Assembly: GCA_003213495.1 (NCBI GenBank)
Contig: QCMW01000001.1
Location: forward strand, 1,045,296 to 1,109,295
Origin: SAR86 cluster bacterium AG-422-O05
GTDB lineage: Bacteria; Pseudomonadota; Gammaproteobacteria; Magnimaribacterales; D2472
Length of the DNA stretch: 64,000 bases
Direction of reading: 5' to 3'
Position 1 is the first letter of the stretch, and each line of letters starts with the position of its first letter. Shown piece by piece: positions 49,447 through 58,650 of this stretch. The notes under the pieces were generated by a model. That model did not search any database. It was not told the DNA's origin and worked only from the letters and a program-made list of their open reading frames with translations. Position numbers and translations under genes: made by a program.

Positions 49447-51245
49447 TGAATAAATATTTAATTTCTTTAACTTTCTGCATATTTTTTGTTTCTTCTTGTG
49501 CATCTGTTGAAGTAACAACTAATAATGTTGAAAACGAAAAAGAATCACCCTTCGAGATTGATGAGAATCAGAAATTTTTAGATTTTTTAGAGGCAGATTG
49601 GGAAAAAACTTTAACTAATAATCCTCTTTTTGCTACATATACTGGAGACAAAAGATTTAATGATAAGATTAATCCGAATACGATAGATCAGTTTGAAAAA
49701 GATAGACTTTCAGATTTTGAATCTTTAAAAAAACTTAATTCTATTAATTCTGACAAACTTAATCCTGACAATAAACTTAATTACAATCTAAAAAAATTTG
49801 ATATTGAAAGTGACTTAAATCTTAGTCAATTTCCTATATATTATCTAAGATTGAATCAACGTGGTGGAATTCAGAGTTTTTATGAGACAGGAAACAGATT
49901 GGTATATCAATCAAAAAAAGACTATTACGATTGGTTAAACAGACTAAATCAGTTTTCTGACAATATTTTAAATTTTTTAGAAATTAATAAACAAGGATTA
50001 CAAAATGGTTATACTCAGCCAAAGTTAGTTACTCAAGGAGTTATTTCTCAAATTGATGCAATAATTAACTCTGATATAAATTCAAATCCATATTTAAAAG
50101 TTTTTATTGATGCAGACGAAACTCTTTTATCGCAAAATGAAAAACTCGAACTTATAAATGATGCAAAAGAGTTAATTATTAATAAGATTAATCCAGCTTA
50201 TATCAAACTTAACAATTTTTTAAAAAATGATTATTTAGTTAATTCAAGGGATACCATTGGCATTAAAGACATCCCTGATGGTAAAAAATATTACGAACAA
50301 TTAGCTAAACACTATACTACGACAGATCTTACACCTGATGAGATTCATGAGATTGGTCTAAGAGAAATTCAAAGGATTCGTGCTGAAATGGAAGAAATCA
50401 TCGATTCTGTTAATTGGGATGGCGATTTTGAATCATTTTTAAATTATCTAAGAACTAGTCCTAGATTTTATTATGACAATCCAGATGATCTTTTTGATGC
50501 ATATTTAATCATGTCAAAAACAATTGATCCTTTATTACCTAAATTATTTAATATTTTTCCAAGAGCTCCATATGGAGTCATACCAATTCCAGCAGAGTCA
50601 GCACCATTTACAACTACAGCTTATTACAATAGCCCTAGTCCTGGTAGACCAGGCTATTTTTATGCAAATTTATATAAGCCTGATTCAAGGCCTAAATATG
50701 AAATACCTGTTTTAACAGTTCATGAGGCGGTTCCAGGTCATCATTTTCAAATATCACTTGCTCAGGAATTAGAAAATGTACCAACATTTAGAAAATATCA
50801 AGGTATCACTGCATTTGTTGAAGGTTGGGGTTTATACAGCGAAGAACTAGGTGAATATATAAATCTATATGATGATCCATATGATAAATTTGGACAACTT
50901 ACCTATGACATGTGGAGAGCAATTAGGCTCGTTGTTGATACAGGTATGCATTATAAAGATTGGACAAGAGATGATGCCATTAACTTATTTATTGAAAATT
51001 CTGCAAAATCAATTTTAGATATTGAAAATGAAGTAGATAGATACATTGCCTGGCCAGGTCAAGCTCTTGCATACAAGATTGGACAGTTAAAAATCTTAGA
51101 ACTTAGAAGTAAAGCTGAAAAAGAACTTGGTGAAAAGTATGATATCAAGGATTTTCATGATGAGGTTTTGAAAAGAGGGTCATTACCGTTAGATTTACTT
51201 GAATATTATATTGATGAATGGATTAATCAGACTTTGAACTCTTAG
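49446..51245 (+). CDS. DUF885-family lipoprotein (putative metallopeptidase-like)
   Basis: Lipobox [15 protein letters not shown] motif and a DUF885-like C-terminus ([18 protein letters not shown]). The ATG overlaps the ETF-QO stop (TAATG). Confidence 0.65.
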   Translation: MNKYLISLTFCIFFVSSCASVEVTTNNVENEKESPFEIDENQKFLDFLEADWEKTLTNNPLFATYTGDKRFNDKINPNTIDQFEKDRLSDFESLKKLNSINSDKLNPDNKLNYNLKKFDIESDLNLSQFPIYYLRLNQRGGIQSFYETGNRLVYQSKKDYYDWLNRLNQFSDNILNFLEINKQGLQNGYTQPKLVTQGVISQIDAIINSDINSNPYLKVFIDADETLLSQNEKLELINDAKELIINKINPAYIKLNNFLKNDYLVNSRDTIGIKDIPDGKKYYEQLAKHYTTTDLTPDEIHEIGLREIQRIRAEMEEIIDSVNWDGDFESFLNYLRTSPRFYYDNPDDLFDAYLIMSKTIDPLLPKLFNIFPRAPYGVIPIPAESAPFTTTAYYNSPSPGRPGYFYANLYKPDSRPKYEIPVLTVHEAVPGHHFQISLAQELENVPTFRKYQGITAFVEGWGLYSEELGEYINLYDDPYDKFGQLTYDMWRAIRLVVDTGMHYKDWTRDDAINLFIENSAKSILDIENEVDRYIAWPGQALAYKIGQLKILELRSKAEKELGEKYDIKDFHDEVLKRGSLPLDLLEYYIDEWINQTLNS

Positions 51246-51369
51246 TTTTTCTACATTTTTCACTACAATAAATTACATTATCCCAATCTTTTTTCCATTT
51301 TTTTCTCCATAAAAATGGTCTATTGCAAACAGGACATATTTTTTTTGGTAAATTTAATTTTTTATGCAA
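51223..51369 (-). CDS. DUF2256-type small zinc-ribbon protein (48 aa)
   Basis: Not in the ORF track. Hand translation gives (TTG)[49 protein letters not shown]-x-x-C...RPF-x-WRKKW...WD-x-V-x-YCS-x-x-CR is the DUF2256 signature. An in-frame TAG immediately upstream leaves TTG as the only start. Confidence 0.6.
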   Translation of the reverse strand: MHKKLNLPKKICPVCNRPFLWRKKWKKDWDNVIYCSEKCRKTKSSKSD

Positions 51370-51895
51370 TTTTTCCTATAGTATGTTTTATTTTAAGACT
51401 TGGTAAATATAATAAATTTTGATCAATATAATTTTGTTCTAAAGCATAATTTATTAAATTGTAATATGTATTTCTATCGAAAAATCCATCTAGATTATTT
51501 CTAACATTTACTATTGGTATAAATGCATCTTTATTTTTAATTAATTTAGTTGTGTTAGTTTTACTTAACACAAACTCGTAATCAAAATTTGTTAATAAAG
51601 ATACCCTATCATCAGTAAGCGAATAATCAATAATTTTATAAGGAGCTAATTCAACTCTTACAGGAACTTTTTCAACAGGAGTAACTAGAAAATACTCATC
51701 ATTGTCTTTTCTAAGCACCCTCGAGAAAAGCTTCGTAAGCTTATAGTTTTTAATTGGTGAATCGTTATAAAACCAATTTCCCTCTCTATCAATATAAAAT
51801 TCTTGACCCTCACATAATTCAGGATTCCAAAGATGTACTGGAGGAAAAATATCACTCTGATTTTTTAGGTTTTTGGTAATTTTAGAAATACTCAT
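51362..51895 (-). CDS. DUF1285-like protein
   Basis: ...[60 protein letters not shown]... matches the DUF1285 pattern (DG.W.H.GS.I.R..L..LFS.VL....G.Y.LVTP.EK). Confidence 0.55.
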   Translation of the reverse strand: MSISKITKNLKNQSDIFPPVHLWNPELCEGQEFYIDREGNWFYNDSPIKNYKLTKLFSRVLRKDNDEYFLVTPVEKVPVRVELAPYKIIDYSLTDDRVSLLTNFDYEFVLSKTNTTKLIKNKDAFIPIVNVRNNLDGFFDRNTYYNLINYALEQNYIDQNLLYLPSLKIKHTIGKIA

Positions 51896-52490
51896 ATAAG
51901 GATCTAAAAATAATAAATAAAGCTATAAAACATAATATTAGTGACATTATTGATGATAAATATTTATTTGAATAAGCATTGAAAGTTTTATGTTCCGAAG
52001 CTGTAATAATATAACTCAGAAAAATAAACCAAAGACTTGACGTTATAGCAAAATAAATTGGATAAACGTAAAAATAAATATTATTTAAATCCTCAATTAA
52101 TATCGTAAATAATGATACAAAAAATAAAAAGGCTTTTACATTAAAGACATTGGTGATTAGTCCTGCTAATAAACTATTATTTCGTTTAGTGCCTATTTCA
52201 CTATCCTCTTTAGCAGCAGATTTTGAAATAAACATATTTACTCCTAAATAAAGAATATATAAACCACCAACAATACTAATTATAAATTTATACAGATTAT
52301 TAGAGACAATAATTAATGAAATCCCATTAATAGCTAAAAGACAGTGTAAATAGATTCCTATTCCTATTCCTAAAGCAGTTTTGAAACCTTCTTTTCGTCC
52401 GTACAATGATACCTGCCTTATTACAATTGCAGTATCAGGACCTGGACTAGTTAATGCTATTAAATGTGCGATTGCTGACCAAAGAAACAT
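51882..52490 (-). CDS. LysE/RhtB-family amino-acid exporter
   Basis: N-terminal SPGPDTAIVI motif. 202 aa with about 6 TM segments. Confidence 0.75.
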   Translation of the reverse strand: MFLWSAIAHLIALTSPGPDTAIVIRQVSLYGRKEGFKTALGIGIGIYLHCLLAINGISLIIVSNNLYKFIISIVGGLYILYLGVNMFISKSAAKEDSEIGTKRNNSLLAGLITNVFNVKAFLFFVSLFTILIEDLNNIYFYVYPIYFAITSSLWFIFLSYIITASEHKTFNAYSNKYLSSIMSLILCFIALFIIFRSLYEYF

Positions 52491-52492
52491 AA

Positions 52493-53494
52493 TTAATTTA
52501 TAACTGTTGGCTCTATATCTAATGAAATATTAAATGTTTCATTAATAACATCTTTAATATTGTTAGCAAAACTTAAGATCTCTCTTTGCGTGGCTTTGCC
52601 ATTACTAACTAACACTAAAGCATGATTAGAATAAATTGATACATTGTTAAAATTCTCTAAATCATTCTTAACAAGCTGTATAAGTCTTGCTGCACCAACT
52701 TTGACTGTATCCGAATCATGATGCCAAATTATCAGATCTTCTAAATTAAATTTAGAAGTATTTATTTCATTTTTATTTATTGTTGGATTTTTAAAAAAAC
52801 TTCCGACATTGGGAACTTGTATTGGATCAGGCAAAATAGAGTTTCTAATATCAACAATAATTTCTGATGCACGATTTAAAGATATTGATGAGAGATTAAT
52901 GTTATTGTCTTTTATATAATTCTGAATAGACTCATATTCAAGATTTAAAGATTTAAATCCATTTGTAATAAAATCAATATTAAAAATAATATACGGCTTA
53001 TCTTTTAGTGATGACTTCCTGTAAGAGAAATTACAATCAGAATTAGATAATGATAAAAATTTATTTTTAACATAATCAAAACAGTCTACCCTTGCAATTA
53101 AATTCGAGACTTCTTGTCCATAAGCTCCAATATTTTGTATAGGGCTAGCTCCGACACTCCCAGGTATTAAAGATAAATTCTCAAAGCCATATATCTTATT
53201 TTTAATCATCTCTTTCACAAAAGAATGCCAATTAACAGATGATCCAACTGAAACTGTAGAGTCATTTGTATTATATTGAACTTTATTAAATGTAGGCTTT
53301 ATAACAACACCTTCAAAATAATCTTTAGGAACAATATTAGTTCCCTCACCTATAACTAATACAGGTAATTTTTGTTCATTAACAAATTTATACAGATTTT
53401 CAAATTGTGTAACTTCATTAATTTCAATGAAAAATCTACACTTTGAATTAATCTTCAAACTGTTTGAAATGTTATGATTGGATAAGATATTCAT
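52493..53494 (-). CDS. murB: UDP-N-acetylenolpyruvoylglucosamine reductase
   Basis: FAD-binding domain ([34 protein letters not shown]) and a C-terminal GSFFKNP motif. It sits in kdsB-murB synteny. Confidence 0.9.
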   Translation of the reverse strand: [333 protein letters not shown]

Positions 53495-54204
53495 TAATCA
53501 AGCAAATAATCAATAGCAGCTTTTAGGTCATCTTCAGTATCGATGCCATGAGGTATATTTCCTTCATAATGTGAAACATAAATTGAAAAATTATTTTCTA
53601 AAAATCTTAACTGTTCTAATTTAAATTTTAGCTCATTTTCAGTTGGCTCAAGATTAACCAATTTCGATAAAACTTTTAAACTATATCCATAAATTCCAAT
53701 ATGTCTTTTTGGATTCTTAATAACTCCAGTTCTAATAAAAGAAGTTGCAAAATTATTGTCAGTTTCAACAAGAACACAATTTGGATTAGTTATATCAAAA
53801 TCAGAAGAAATGTTATTTGAAACTGTAATCACATCACATGAATTATTAAAATAATCATCAATAGTTTTTTTAATTAATTTACTAGGTATGAAAGGTTCAT
53901 CACCTTGGAGGTTAAGAATGAAGCTATTTTTGTTTAAATTAAGTTTTTTTGCTGCCTCATATACCCTATCCGTTCCAGATATATGTTCTGGTTTAGTAAT
54001 GACTACATTATTGGTTATTTCTTTTAAATTATCTTTTACTAAAACTGAATCTGTAGCAACATAAACATTTTCTGTGATTTCTAATGCATTTATTACAACC
54101 CTCTGAATTAGAGTTTTTCCTTTAATATTAACAAGAGGTTTATTCTTAAGTCTTGTTGATCCTATGCGCGAAGGTATAACTATAAATAAATCATCCCTAT
54201 TCAT
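53494..54204 (-). CDS. kdsB: 3-deoxy-manno-octulosonate cytidylyltransferase (CMP-KDO synthetase)
   Basis: IVIPSRIGSTRLKNKPL, ATDS, NLQGDEPFI and GIYGY motifs. Confidence 0.92.
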   Translation of the reverse strand: MNRDDLFIVIPSRIGSTRLKNKPLVNIKGKTLIQRVVINALEITENVYVATDSVLVKDNLKEITNNVVITKPEHISGTDRVYEAAKKLNLNKNSFILNLQGDEPFIPSKLIKKTIDDYFNNSCDVITVSNNISSDFDITNPNCVLVETDNNFATSFIRTGVIKNPKRHIGIYGYSLKVLSKLVNLEPTENELKFKLEQLRFLENNFSIYVSHYEGNIPHGIDTEDDLKAAIDYLLD

Positions 54205-56965
54205 TATAAGAAATCGACTTTAATTTTTTATCTAAATTTTCTATAAATTTATTACTTACATCGGCATCAATAGTTAGATACCAAATTTTATTATTATCAA
54301 AATTTTTACATTTTGCTGCATCTTTTTCTGTCATTACAATTGGGAGATGATCAAGATAATAAATATCACTTGAAGAAAAGTTATAGTGATCTGGGAATGG
54401 GTGTCTGATAATGTCGAAACCTAATCTATCTAATAAATCAAAAAATCTGCCTGGATTTCCTAAACCAGCAACTGCATGAACCTGCTTATGCATTGGCCAA
54501 TCTTTAACAGAGTAGGATTTACCCGATTTTAAATGAACAAATTTAGATGGACTAATATTCATCAAGAATTCTCCCTCTTGAGTAGGTCCACTATTATTTA
54601 TTATAAAATCTACGCTATCTAATCTTTTTCTAGACTCTCTTAGAGGTCCTGCAGGAAACGTAAGGTTATTACCAAACCTTCTCTTACCATCTATTACTGC
54701 TATTTCTATGTCTCTTCCCATTTTGTAATGCTGTAATCCATCATCGGAAATAATCACATTACAGTCATGATTTTTAATGATGCTTTTAACAGCCCTAACT
54801 CTATTTTTATCAATATAAAAAGGTAATCCTAATTTAGCTAAAATTTGCGCTTCATCACCAGTTTCCTTTACAGGTGTATCTTTTTTAACTTGTATTGTTC
54901 CTTTAAATTTACCTCCATAACCTCTGCTTACAATGCCAGGCTTATAACCTTTCTTTAATAATTCAGAAGCAATATATTTAACCAAAGGTGTTTTACCAGT
55001 TCCTCCAATAGTTAAGTTACCAACAACTATTACTGGAACTTCAGATTTAAATGACTTAACTTTATTTTCTAAATATCTTTTTCTCCTTCTTGAAGTAAGT
55101 AGGGAGAACAACATTGAAAATGGATACAGTAGATACAACCAAAGACTTTTCTTATACCAACTATCAACCACAAAGCTTGTAGATTCCTCGTCATCATATT
55201 CAGGCATATATAATTGCAATTCTTGAGTTTGTTTTGTTTTGTCCTTAGGAGAATCCTCAAATTTATTTTTATATAATGAGTGATAGACGGACTTATTTTC
55301 AATCAAATCATCATGAGTTCCTGACTCAACAATTTGTCCTTTATCTAAAACCAATATTTTGTCTGCATTTTCAATAGTAGATAGTCTATGGGCTATGACT
55401 ATAGTTGTTCTATTTGAGGTTAGTTTTTCTAGGGCTTCTTGAACAATAAGTTCGGATTCGGTGTCTAAAGCAGAAGTCGCTTCATCTAAAATAATTATCG
55501 GAGAATCTTTATAGAATGCACGTGCTATTGCAAGTCTTTGTCTTTGTCCCCCAGATAAAAGCACGCCATCATCCCCAATTTCAGATTCATACCCTTCTGG
55601 TAAGTTTTCTATGAATTCTGAGCAACCCGATAACTCTGCTGACTTTTTAAGTTTATCAACATCTATAGAGTCATCTCCATATGCTATATTTTTAGAAATT
55701 GTGTCATTAAATAGTGAAGGAGATTGATTTACAATTGATATTGAGGATCTAAGATGATTTAAAGCAAAATCTGAAACAGGAATGCTATCTATTAGTATCT
55801 CACCTGAAGTGTGGTTGTAGAATCTTGGTATCAAATTTGCAAGTGTTGATTTTCCAGATCCTGATTTTCCTACTATGGCAATAGTTTCATTATCGTCAAT
55901 TTCAAAGTTAATGTTATTTAGTACTAAACCACCCTTATCATATGCAAAATCTACATTTCTAAATTCAATATGTCCACTAATCTCAGTTTCATTCTTACCT
56001 TCATCAGTTTCAATCTCATGATCTAATTGTTCAAAAATTTCATTAGCAGCAGCTAATCCTTTTTGAATTATCATATTAATATTAGAAAGTTGTCTAATGG
56101 GCTTAGCCATTAATCCTGCAGCAGTAAAAAATGCTACAAATGTTTCTGCATCTAAGGTTATACCTAGCTGCTGACCCAATGCAAAATAAGCAACTATTGA
56201 TAGTGATATTGATACAAGAACTTGTATTATTGGTGTAGCTAAGTTACCTGTTGCTTCAAGTTTTAAATTTTGATTCTTATTTGAGTCATTAGCTTCAAAA
56301 AATCTAGAGTTTTCATATTTTTGGGCATTAAAACTTTTAATCTCTACATGACCATCAACTGCTTCAGAAGCTATATGTGTAACATCGCCCATTGCTGTTT
56401 GAATTTTCTTTGCTAGTTTTTTAAGTCTTTTACCTGCAACATAAACAATTAATGCAATTAAAGGAGCTGTAACAATTAACAATAAAGTTAATTTAAAATT
56501 TAAGACTAGCAGATAAATAAATAAACCTACCAACAAGAATCCTTCTCTAACTAACGTCTTTACAGCATTTGAAGCAGCTCCAGATACTTGTGTAGTTGTA
56601 AATGTAATCCTATTAATTAATTGTCCAGATTGATTGGCATCAAAATATGATTTTGGTAAATAATGTAATTTTTTAAATAATTCAGATCTAAGATCTCTTA
56701 CGATGCCAAAACCTACGCGAGACATAAAATAATTACCGACAAAGAATCCTATACCTCGACCAAGAGCAATAAAAATCAATGATACTGCTAAGATAGTTCC
56801 AAATTGTTGCTCTTCAGAATTTATTAATGCAATTATTCTTCTAATCCATTCAACTGCAGCAATGTCTGCAAACGCAAAACTAATAAAACCAAGAACACTG
56901 ATAAAAAAAGACCATTTATATCTAAAAGTATAGCCAAATAGTCTTCTTAAATTTCCAGTTTTCAT
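54197..56965 (-). CDS. msbA-lpxK: In-frame fusion: lipid A flippase MsbA (ABC exporter, about aa 1-575) plus tetraacyldisaccharide 4-prime-kinase LpxK (about aa 587-922)
   Basis: There is one uninterrupted 922-aa ORF. The N-terminal part has 6 TM segments plus an NBD: Walker A GKSGSGKST, signature LSGGQRQR, Walker B IIILDEATSALD, H-loop IAHRLST. A ~30-aa acidic/lysine-rich linker follows. Next come the LpxK anchor helix (SLWLYLLYPFSMLFSLLTSRRRKRY) and P-loop VVGNLTIGGTGKTP...GIVSRGYGG, which align with the E. coli LpxK N-terminus. Confidence 0.85.
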   Translation of the reverse strand: MKTGNLRRLFGYTFRYKWSFFISVLGFISFAFADIAAVEWIRRIIALINSEEQQFGTILAVSLIFIALGRGIGFFVGNYFMSRVGFGIVRDLRSELFKKLHYLPKSYFDANQSGQLINRITFTTTQVSGAASNAVKTLVREGFLLVGLFIYLLVLNFKLTLLLIVTAPLIALIVYVAGKRLKKLAKKIQTAMGDVTHIASEAVDGHVEIKSFNAQKYENSRFFEANDSNKNQNLKLEATGNLATPIIQVLVSISLSIVAYFALGQQLGITLDAETFVAFFTAAGLMAKPIRQLSNINMIIQKGLAAANEIFEQLDHEIETDEGKNETEISGHIEFRNVDFAYDKGGLVLNNINFEIDDNETIAIVGKSGSGKSTLANLIPRFYNHTSGEILIDSIPVSDFALNHLRSSISIVNQSPSLFNDTISKNIAYGDDSIDVDKLKKSAELSGCSEFIENLPEGYESEIGDDGVLLSGGQRQRLAIARAFYKDSPIIILDEATSALDTESELIVQEALEKLTSNRTTIVIAHRLSTIENADKILVLDKGQIVESGTHDDLIENKSVYHSLYKNKFEDSPKDKTKQTQELQLYMPEYDDEESTSFVVDSWYKKSLWLYLLYPFSMLFSLLTSRRRKRYLENKVKSFKSEVPVIVVGNLTIGGTGKTPLVKYIASELLKKGYKPGIVSRGYGGKFKGTIQVKKDTPVKETGDEAQILAKLGLPFYIDKNRVRAVKSIIKNHDCNVIISDDGLQHYKMGRDIEIAVIDGKRRFGNNLTFPAGPLRESRKRLDSVDFIINNSGPTQEGEFLMNISPSKFVHLKSGKSYSVKDWPMHKQVHAVAGLGNPGRFFDLLDRLGFDIIRHPFPDHYNFSSSDIYYLDHLPIVMTEKDAAKCKNFDNNKIWYLTIDADVSNKFIENLDKKLKSISYNE

Positions 56966-57369
56966 TTTTCTATTGTTCTTATTTGTATTTCACTAAAACC
57001 ATACTTATTTAATATATCCATCACAGTGATAACCCAAACATGTAATGATTCTGATTCAGCGCTTAATATTAATATTTCTCCATTATTGTTAAGTTCAAAT
57101 ATTTCCTGTTCTAGAACATCCAAATTGTTAATGTTTATTAACTTATCATTAATATATATGCTGCCATCATTAGAAATTACAATCTCATTAGATGTTTGGA
57201 CAGTTTTATAGTTAAATGATTCAGTTTTTGGTAGGTCAAGGGATAAGAACTGCGAATCACCTACCTTTGAGGTAACAACAAAAAAAATAACTAATAAAAA
57301 AACAATATCGATCAATGGAGTAATTTCTATTGAAAACGACGGTTTATCTTTATTAGATACAAAATTCAT
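56962..57369 (-). CDS. exbD: ExbD/TolR-family biopolymer transport protein
   Basis: 135 aa. N-terminal ITPLIDIVFLLVIFF TM motif. It is coupled to the upstream exbB by ATGA overlap. Confidence 0.85.
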   Translation of the reverse strand: MNFVSNKDKPSFSIEITPLIDIVFLLVIFFVVTSKVGDSQFLSLDLPKTESFNYKTVQTSNEIVISNDGSIYINDKLININNLDVLEQEIFELNNNGEILILSAESESLHVWVITVMDILNKYGFSEIQIRTIEK

Positions 57370-57965
57370 CTGTTTATAACATCTATAAATTCTGAAACAT
57401 CTTTTTGCAGCGAAATTAAAAGATAAGTAATCTTTTGTTCAAAATACTTATGTAATACTAGTCCAGGTACTGCAATCATTAAACCAAAGGCTGTGGTAAT
57501 TAATGCTTGGGAAATGCCTGCTGCTAATAAATCAGGATTTGCTCCTGAAGTTTCAGTCAAACCTGTAAAAGCAGTGATCATACCAACAACAGTTCCCAAA
57601 AGGCCCAGCAATGGACTAATGGTAGCAATAGTCCCTAGCATATTTAAATTCCTTTCGAGACTATACTTAACCTCAATAGCTTTCTCCTCTATCTTTGATT
57701 CGAGATTATCTCTTTGTAAATCTTTATATTTTATGCAGTTAACTAGTAGGAATCCTAAAGATGAAAGATTTGATATCTCAATAGACTGCTTACTGTTCAT
57801 CAAGTTATTTTCAATAAGATTTAATAGTTGTTTTGAAAGACCATCAGGAGCAACTAATCTTTTCTGTAAAAACCATGATCGTTCTATTGAAATAGTTATT
57901 ATCAGAACGCTACAAGCTAATAACGGCCACATAAATGGGCCTCCTGCAGTTATAAAATCATTCAT
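57366..57965 (-). CDS. exbB: MotA/TolQ/ExbB-family proton channel protein
   Basis: C-terminal LGLLGTVVGMITAF...ISQALITTAFGLMIAVP signature. Confidence 0.85.
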   Translation of the reverse strand: MNDFITAGGPFMWPLLACSVLIITISIERSWFLQKRLVAPDGLSKQLLNLIENNLMNSKQSIEISNLSSLGFLLVNCIKYKDLQRDNLESKIEEKAIEVKYSLERNLNMLGTIATISPLLGLLGTVVGMITAFTGLTETSGANPDLLAAGISQALITTAFGLMIAVPGLVLHKYFEQKITYLLISLQKDVSEFIDVINR

Positions 57966-58650
57966 TTAAATCACTCTTAATTTCTACTAATTTTGAATCA
58001 TTCAGACTGTAAATACTATTAAAAGATTTAATAAATTCATTATCATGAGAAGCTGCAATCAAAGAGATGCCTTTAGTTGTTGATAAATCTAAAAGTAAGT
58101 TTTGAATAATTGATGCATTTTCTTTATCAAGATTACCTGTTGGCTCATCTAAAAATAAAAACTTTGGATTATTGATAAGCGCTCTTGCAATAGCTGCTCT
58201 CTGTTTTTCTCCACCTGAAAGCTTCCAGGGCAAGCTATCTTTTCTGTCATAAATATCTAACTTTTTCATAAGATCAATACTCTTATTCTTAACTTTATTA
58301 TTAAATGCATTTTTTAAAATTGATGGAATCAAAATATTTTCTTCTATGGTTAAGTCCTCAAGTAAATGATGAAATTGATATACAAATCCAAAATTTATTA
58401 GTCTTAATTTACTTATTTCGTTTGATGTCATTGAAAGAATACTATTATTATTAAAAGTTATGTCACCAGAGCTTGGTTTATCTAATCCTGCTATAAGATG
58501 AAGTAATGTTGACTTTCCTGCACCAGATTTACCAGTAATACCAATTAAATTAGACTCTTCAATAGAAAGATTAATTTCATTCAAAACATTTAGCTCTTCA
58601 TTATTCAAAAAGAATGATTTGGAGAGATTAGTGCATTCAATTTTATTCAT
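57958..58650 (-). CDS. lolD: Lipoprotein-releasing system ATP-binding protein LolD
   Basis: Walker A GKSGAGKST, signature LSGGEKQR, Walker B FLFLDEPTGNLD. It is adjacent to a LolC/E-type permease. Confidence 0.88.
   Translation of the reverse strand: MNKIECTNLSKSFFLNNEELNVLNEINLSIEESNLIGITGKSGAGKSTLLHLIAGLDKPSSGDITFNNNSILSMTSNEISKLRLINFGFVYQFHHLLEDLTIEENILIPSILKNAFNNKVKNKSIDLMKKLDIYDRKDSLPWKLSGGEKQRAAIARALINNPKFLFLDEPTGNLDKENASIIQNLLLDLSTTKGISLIAASHDNEFIKSFNSIYSLNDSKLVEIKSDLNE

Noticed and set aside
55150-55260. The possibility that msbA and lpxK are separate genes with an overlooked stop or an internal start (M587 at 55207).
   Set aside because: I read this stretch on the minus strand and found no in-frame stop between the MsbA NBD and the LpxK anchor helix, so the sequence as given encodes a fusion. 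A sequencing indel cannot be excluded from the sequence alone, and this caveat is carried in the finding.
57493-57969. A 158-aa ORF on the + strand covers almost all of exbB in antisense. Similar long antisense ORFs occur at 47363-47698 and 47120-47320 (opposite etfB), 46374-46661 and 46785-47102 (opposite etfA/etfB), 37466-37723 (opposite the NMO gene), and 2229-2516, 4529-4834, 12186-12467, 33884-34150 and 43017-43292.
   Set aside because: Each lies entirely within a well-supported gene on the other strand. They have low-complexity or Ser/Pro/Ile-rich translations with no recognisable motifs, no ribosome-binding site and no independent intergenic context. This is the usual shadow-frame artefact of codon-biased genes.
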